From assembly GCA_963662585.1 (NCBI GenBank), contig OY759729.1, forward strand, positions 672,001 through 736,000: a stretch of 64,000 nucleotides of DNA, in the 5' to 3' direction. The position numbers were made by a program, and so were the translations under genes. Origin of the DNA: Candidatus Cloacimonadales bacterium (lineage in GTDB: Bacteria; Cloacimonadota; Cloacimonadia; Cloacimonadales; JAFGVF01). A model generated the notes under the pieces. It was not told the origin of the DNA. It saw only the letters and a program-made list of their open reading frames with translations, and did not search any database. Shown one piece after another: positions 60,633 through 64,000 of this stretch (position 1 is its first letter; every line of letters starts with the position of its first letter).

Positions 60633-62639
60633 TTAATCTTGTTCTTGGTAGATTCTTTCAGGATTTCTATATCCAGGAAGATTTTTATACCAATCTTGAT
60701 AGAGTGTTCCTGAAGATTCAGCCCACTCTTTAAACATTAGGTAAGCACCTGTTACTTTATTTCTTTCATAAGGATAATCCCAGCTATCAGCAATATTTAA
60801 AGCCCATGGATGATTCTCAACTGATTTATAATATCTATTTTGACTTATAACAGAAGAGTCATCGTTAGTACCAAATAATGCTTGGTTAGCTGTTGCTGTA
60901 GGAGGGAAATCAGATAGATGAACTTCATGAGTCCTTTCTCTGTCCACATAAATAAATGGATTAAATGGTACATTCCACTGCCAGTTAGAGATATTCTCAG
61001 GTGTTGATAATTTGATATCTAAGGCAAATTTAACAGTTCCAATGAAAGGAACATTCTTTTCAGTATTGATGAAGGTATTTCCATTAGGTTGAATAAGATC
61101 AAGTGTATTATCGATATAAACAATAGTAGCATTTGAACCAGCTTCTAATAAAGGTGAGAAATTCTCATCTGAGATAACATTAGAATAAGTCAAGATGTCT
61201 GAACCATCAATAACGGTGAATGATTCTATATTGCTAGAACTAAATGGGAATTGTACAGCAAAACCGTTTCTAAAACGAGCACCGACAGCTCTTAGTTCAA
61301 ACTCAGTGATTACATTCTTAATTTTATTATCTGCATTTTTATGGAAGTAAATATTATAATCCATAACTAAGTCATTGAAATCATAATCACCTTTTTGAGG
61401 CCATAAATCTTCAAAAGCTAAAGTAGACATGCTATGATTATTAGTTTGGAAAGCTCTTTCTGGATCTAGTGGGAAATCATCAAACATATTTGGAACTCCG
61501 TCACCGTCATCATCACTAGGAACACCCATAGGAGTGATTTCTGAAGTATCTATTGAGTTTGGTTCTTCAGCTTCTACAAAGAATAGAGCATCATTAAAAT
61601 CATCATCACCATCATTAAACTCGATATCTTCAAAACCAACAACTAACTTGTCATATTCATCATCATAGAAAAGAACACTTTGTTGATAACCTGTATAATT
61701 TAAGTTCTTATCTGAATACCAAGTATTATTAACAATATGAGCTGCACCATTATACCAGCCATTAGACATTAAAACCCAACCAATTACAGTACCTGGTTGA
61801 AATTCACCAATGTTAATTTTGTCGCCTGGTACTAAACCACCGCCACTTCCCACCATAGATACATTAGGGAATACTACATTGATTTCAGCAATATCTGCTG
61901 GAGTTTGAGGTGGATTATTGATATCAAAAGTATAAAAACCAAAAGCGTTTCTGTTTCCAGCACCTTCATGGACAAAGGTAATCCAGATATCAGTAGTTTG
62001 ATTAACGATAACTGCATTATATTGGTTTCCTACATATAGATAATGAGGTGAGTTATCTGGGACTGAAACTCTTTCAGGTAAAGAGTCGTTAACTTTAGTT
62101 AAGAATCCTGGAGCTACTGCTTCAAAATCCATATCTTGAGGTACACCATCAACATTGTAAGGTCCAAGATAGACTAGGTCTGATTTTTCAGGAGTAACAA
62201 TGGTTTTATTTTCTCTTGAAGTATTAAAGGTATTAGAACCAAATTCAAATTTAGCATAACCATTAGTAATAGGAATCTCAAAAGAAGACATATAACCTAC
62301 TACATAAAGAGATTTGATATAAGAAGGTATAACAACTTTAGTGCTAAATACACCATTATCGTTAGTAGTACCTGAATCTAAGATTTTTCCACCTTGTTCA
62401 GGATCTTTATCGTAGATTTTAAAAGGTATTTTTTCAACCCCATCACTTCCACCATTTGAAACCATTAATTCTACATTAACATTTTCTACGGTGGAGAAAT
62501 CAAAATTATCTTCAATTTGCAAATCAGCAAATTCAGTTTCTTGATTGTTGTTATTTGAACTTTTCGTTGTATTGTTACAACCAAAAGTAAATAAAACAAT
62601 AAACAAAATAGTAAGTACAGTCAAACTTTTGTATTTCAT
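60633..62639 (-). CDS. LruC-domain lipoprotein, tandem paralog
   Basis: Lipobox TFGC; same motifs, collinear with 58515-60509. Confidence 0.85.
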   Translation of the reverse strand: MKYKSLTVLTILFIVLFTFGCNNTTKSSNNNNQETEFADLQIEDNFDFSTVENVNVELMVSNGGSDGVEKIPFKIYDKDPEQGGKILDSGTTNDNGVFSTKVVIPSYIKSLYVVGYMSSFEIPITNGYAKFEFGSNTFNTSRENKTIVTPEKSDLVYLGPYNVDGVPQDMDFEAVAPGFLTKVNDSLPERVSVPDNSPHYLYVGNQYNAVIVNQTTDIWITFVHEGAGNRNAFGFYTFDINNPPQTPADIAEINVVFPNVSMVGSGGGLVPGDKINIGEFQPGTVIGWVLMSNGWYNGAAHIVNNTWYSDKNLNYTGYQQSVLFYDDEYDKLVVGFEDIEFNDGDDDFNDALFFVEAEEPNSIDTSEITPMGVPSDDDGDGVPNMFDDFPLDPERAFQTNNHSMSTLAFEDLWPQKGDYDFNDLVMDYNIYFHKNADNKIKNVITEFELRAVGARFRNGFAVQFPFSSSNIESFTVIDGSDILTYSNVISDENFSPLLEAGSNATIVYIDNTLDLIQPNGNTFINTEKNVPFIGTVKFALDIKLSTPENISNWQWNVPFNPFIYVDRERTHEVHLSDFPPTATANQALFGTNDDSSVISQNRYYKSVENHPWALNIADSWDYPYERNKVTGAYLMFKEWAESSGTLYQDWYKNLPGYRNPERIYQEQD

Positions 62640-62825
62640 AATTCTCTCCATTCTTAGTTTTCTTCTATAAGCAAAAGATAATCAGATTGAGTATTTTGTC
62701 AAATACTATTTTCACTATAAAAGTATCTTTCATAAGATGGGACATTATTTCCTTATTATTGCTTGATAAATCAGGTATAACTTTTTATAAATAATTATAG
62801 ATATGCAAAAAAAGCTGTAAATGCA

Positions 62826-62862
62826 ATAATCGCTATTACCTAAAGAAAGTAATAGCGATTAT
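62826..62862 (-). terminator. Stem-loop after 62886 gene
   Basis: ataatcgctattac...gtaatagcgattat. Confidence 0.6.
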
Positions 62863-62885
62863 GATAATAAACTTGTTAGAGAGAA

Positions 62886-63323
62886 TTAATCTTCTGTTGG
62901 AAAAGTTGAAAGACTGTTAAGTCCTTTAGCTACAAAAATGAGAGCAATTCCGAGTAAAATTAAAGCAATTTGTTTGCCTGATGAAGTAGCAATATCATCC
63001 CACATTTGTGTTTTGAGGTCAGCCAACCCAGATTGGTATTCGCTTTCTAAGCCTTCACTATAAGAAGCAATTGTTGAATCGCTTAGAGATTGTAAATAAA
63101 CCAAATCTTCAGCGTTTAACTCTTCAGTACCAATACCATTTTTGTAATCAATAGTTTTTTGAATCATCTCTTTACTCTGATCATACTGAACATTAAAAGA
63201 TTCTTTACTAGTATTAAAACTATCCAAATCAGTTTTAACAGAAGTGAAGGTTAAGAAGACTCCTAAGAGTAAGGAAAGCAATCCTATTGAGTTTACCACA
63301 CTTGCGTAATTATTTCTTTTCAT
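62886..63323 (-). CDS. Hypothetical two-TM membrane protein
   Basis: AAGGAG RBS; hydrophobic segments at both ends. Confidence 0.75.
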   Translation of the reverse strand: MKRNNYASVVNSIGLLSLLLGVFLTFTSVKTDLDSFNTSKESFNVQYDQSKEMIQKTIDYKNGIGTEELNAEDLVYLQSLSDSTIASYSEGLESEYQSGLADLKTQMWDDIATSSGKQIALILLGIALIFVAKGLNSLSTFPTED

Positions 63324-63333
63324 TTATAACTCC

Positions 63334-63999
63334 TTAATTATTATTTGCGATTAAAGCGGCGCCGAGAGCCCCTGTTATTATTGGTGTTTCGTAAGTATAT
63401 AAGGGATAATCTAGTATATCTTCCAAAATAGACTTCATTGATTTATTAAAGGAAACCCCACCTGTAAAGGCAATAGGTGCTTCCCAATTAAGAGAATGTA
63501 TTTGATTAACTATTCTCTTAGCTATCGATTTATGAACAGCTTTAACGATAGTATTGCGGGAATACCCTTTAGCTATCATTCCTATAATTTCTGATTCAGC
63601 AAAAACCACACATGTTGAATCTATATCAATCTCTTCTTCTGCTTTGAAGGCAAGTTCAGATAGTTCATCAACAGATGTTTCTAGAATAGTAGCCACAACT
63701 TCCAAAAACCTACCAGTTCCAGCAGCACATTTATCATTCATGACAAAATCTATGACCTTATGGTTTTCATCTAAAACTATTACTTTTGAATCCTGTCCCC
63801 CGATATCAACCACAGTCCGAATTTCTGGCTTAAGATAAGAGAGTCCGCGTGCATGGCAGATAATTTCTGAACTTATCTTATCTTTGAACTCTACTAATTT
63901 CCTTCCATAGCCTGTAGAAACGACAAAATCTACCTTACTCAAATTATTTTTATTTAGTAAATCTTCATATAATTTATTAGCAGTTTTCTTAGGTGTTAC
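63334..63999 (-). CDS. Acyl-CoA dehydratase activase (HgdC / BadF-BadG-BcrA-BcrD ATPase), 5'-truncated by the window edge
   Basis: STGYGR, DIGGQDSK, MNDKCAAGTGRF, STCVVFAESE, FTGGV, GALGAA; frame open to the window end. Confidence 0.92.
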   Translation of the reverse strand, partial: VTPKKTANKLYEDLLNKNNLSKVDFVVSTGYGRKLVEFKDKISSEIICHARGLSYLKPEIRTVVDIGGQDSKVIVLDENHKVIDFVMNDKCAAGTGRFLEVVATILETSVDELSELAFKAEEEIDIDSTCVVFAESEIIGMIAKGYSRNTIVKAVHKSIAKRIVNQIHSLNWEAPIAFTGGVSFNKSMKSILEDILDYPLYTYETPIITGALGAALIANNN

Positions 64000-64000
64000 T

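Noticed and set aside
1959..63838. Short antisense or nested ORFs (e.g. 1959, 4406, 11221, 14260, 23871, 29605, 35181, 38711, 63554)
   Set aside because: Shadow frames of well-supported genes, with no motifs

Overview
AT-rich bacterial chromosomal window, most likely a diderm anaerobe of the FCB group. Candidatus Cloacimonadota is inferred from four secreted proteins ending in a 'PNPFNP...IYNxKGQ' FlgD-Ig/T9SS-type-A-like tail, many ferredoxins and a 2-hydroxyacyl-CoA dehydratase activase. It holds about 50 CDS: a glycosyltransferase operon, copper-handling genes (permease + CopZ, a frameshifted copA), a barrel/deacetylase/sugar-binding-protein/hybrid-kinase operon, housekeeping genes (asd, ltaE, cyclophilin, rsmI, tex) and tandem LruC-like lipoproteins. 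It also has four tRNAs (Ser-TGA, Ser-GCT, Gln-TTG, Gln-CTG). Best candidates for undescribed systems: (1) a six-gene operon at 8.9-12.7 kb encoding four 2x[4Fe-4S]-motif proteins with Sec/lipoprotein-type N-termini (one with a surface-sorting tail), a likely outer-membrane barrel and a DsbD_2-like membrane protein, suggesting a ferredoxin-based trans-envelope conduit; (2) a four-gene DUF6754-type membrane complex; (3) a WYL regulator coupled to an LRAT-like enzyme; (4) a 2.7-kb mosaic of REP-like hairpin modules containing two 435-bp inverted-repeat elements that carry what looks like a decayed restriction-modification gene tail. No CRISPR array, rRNA or transposase gene was seen. All family calls come from motif recognition by eye, not from database searches.
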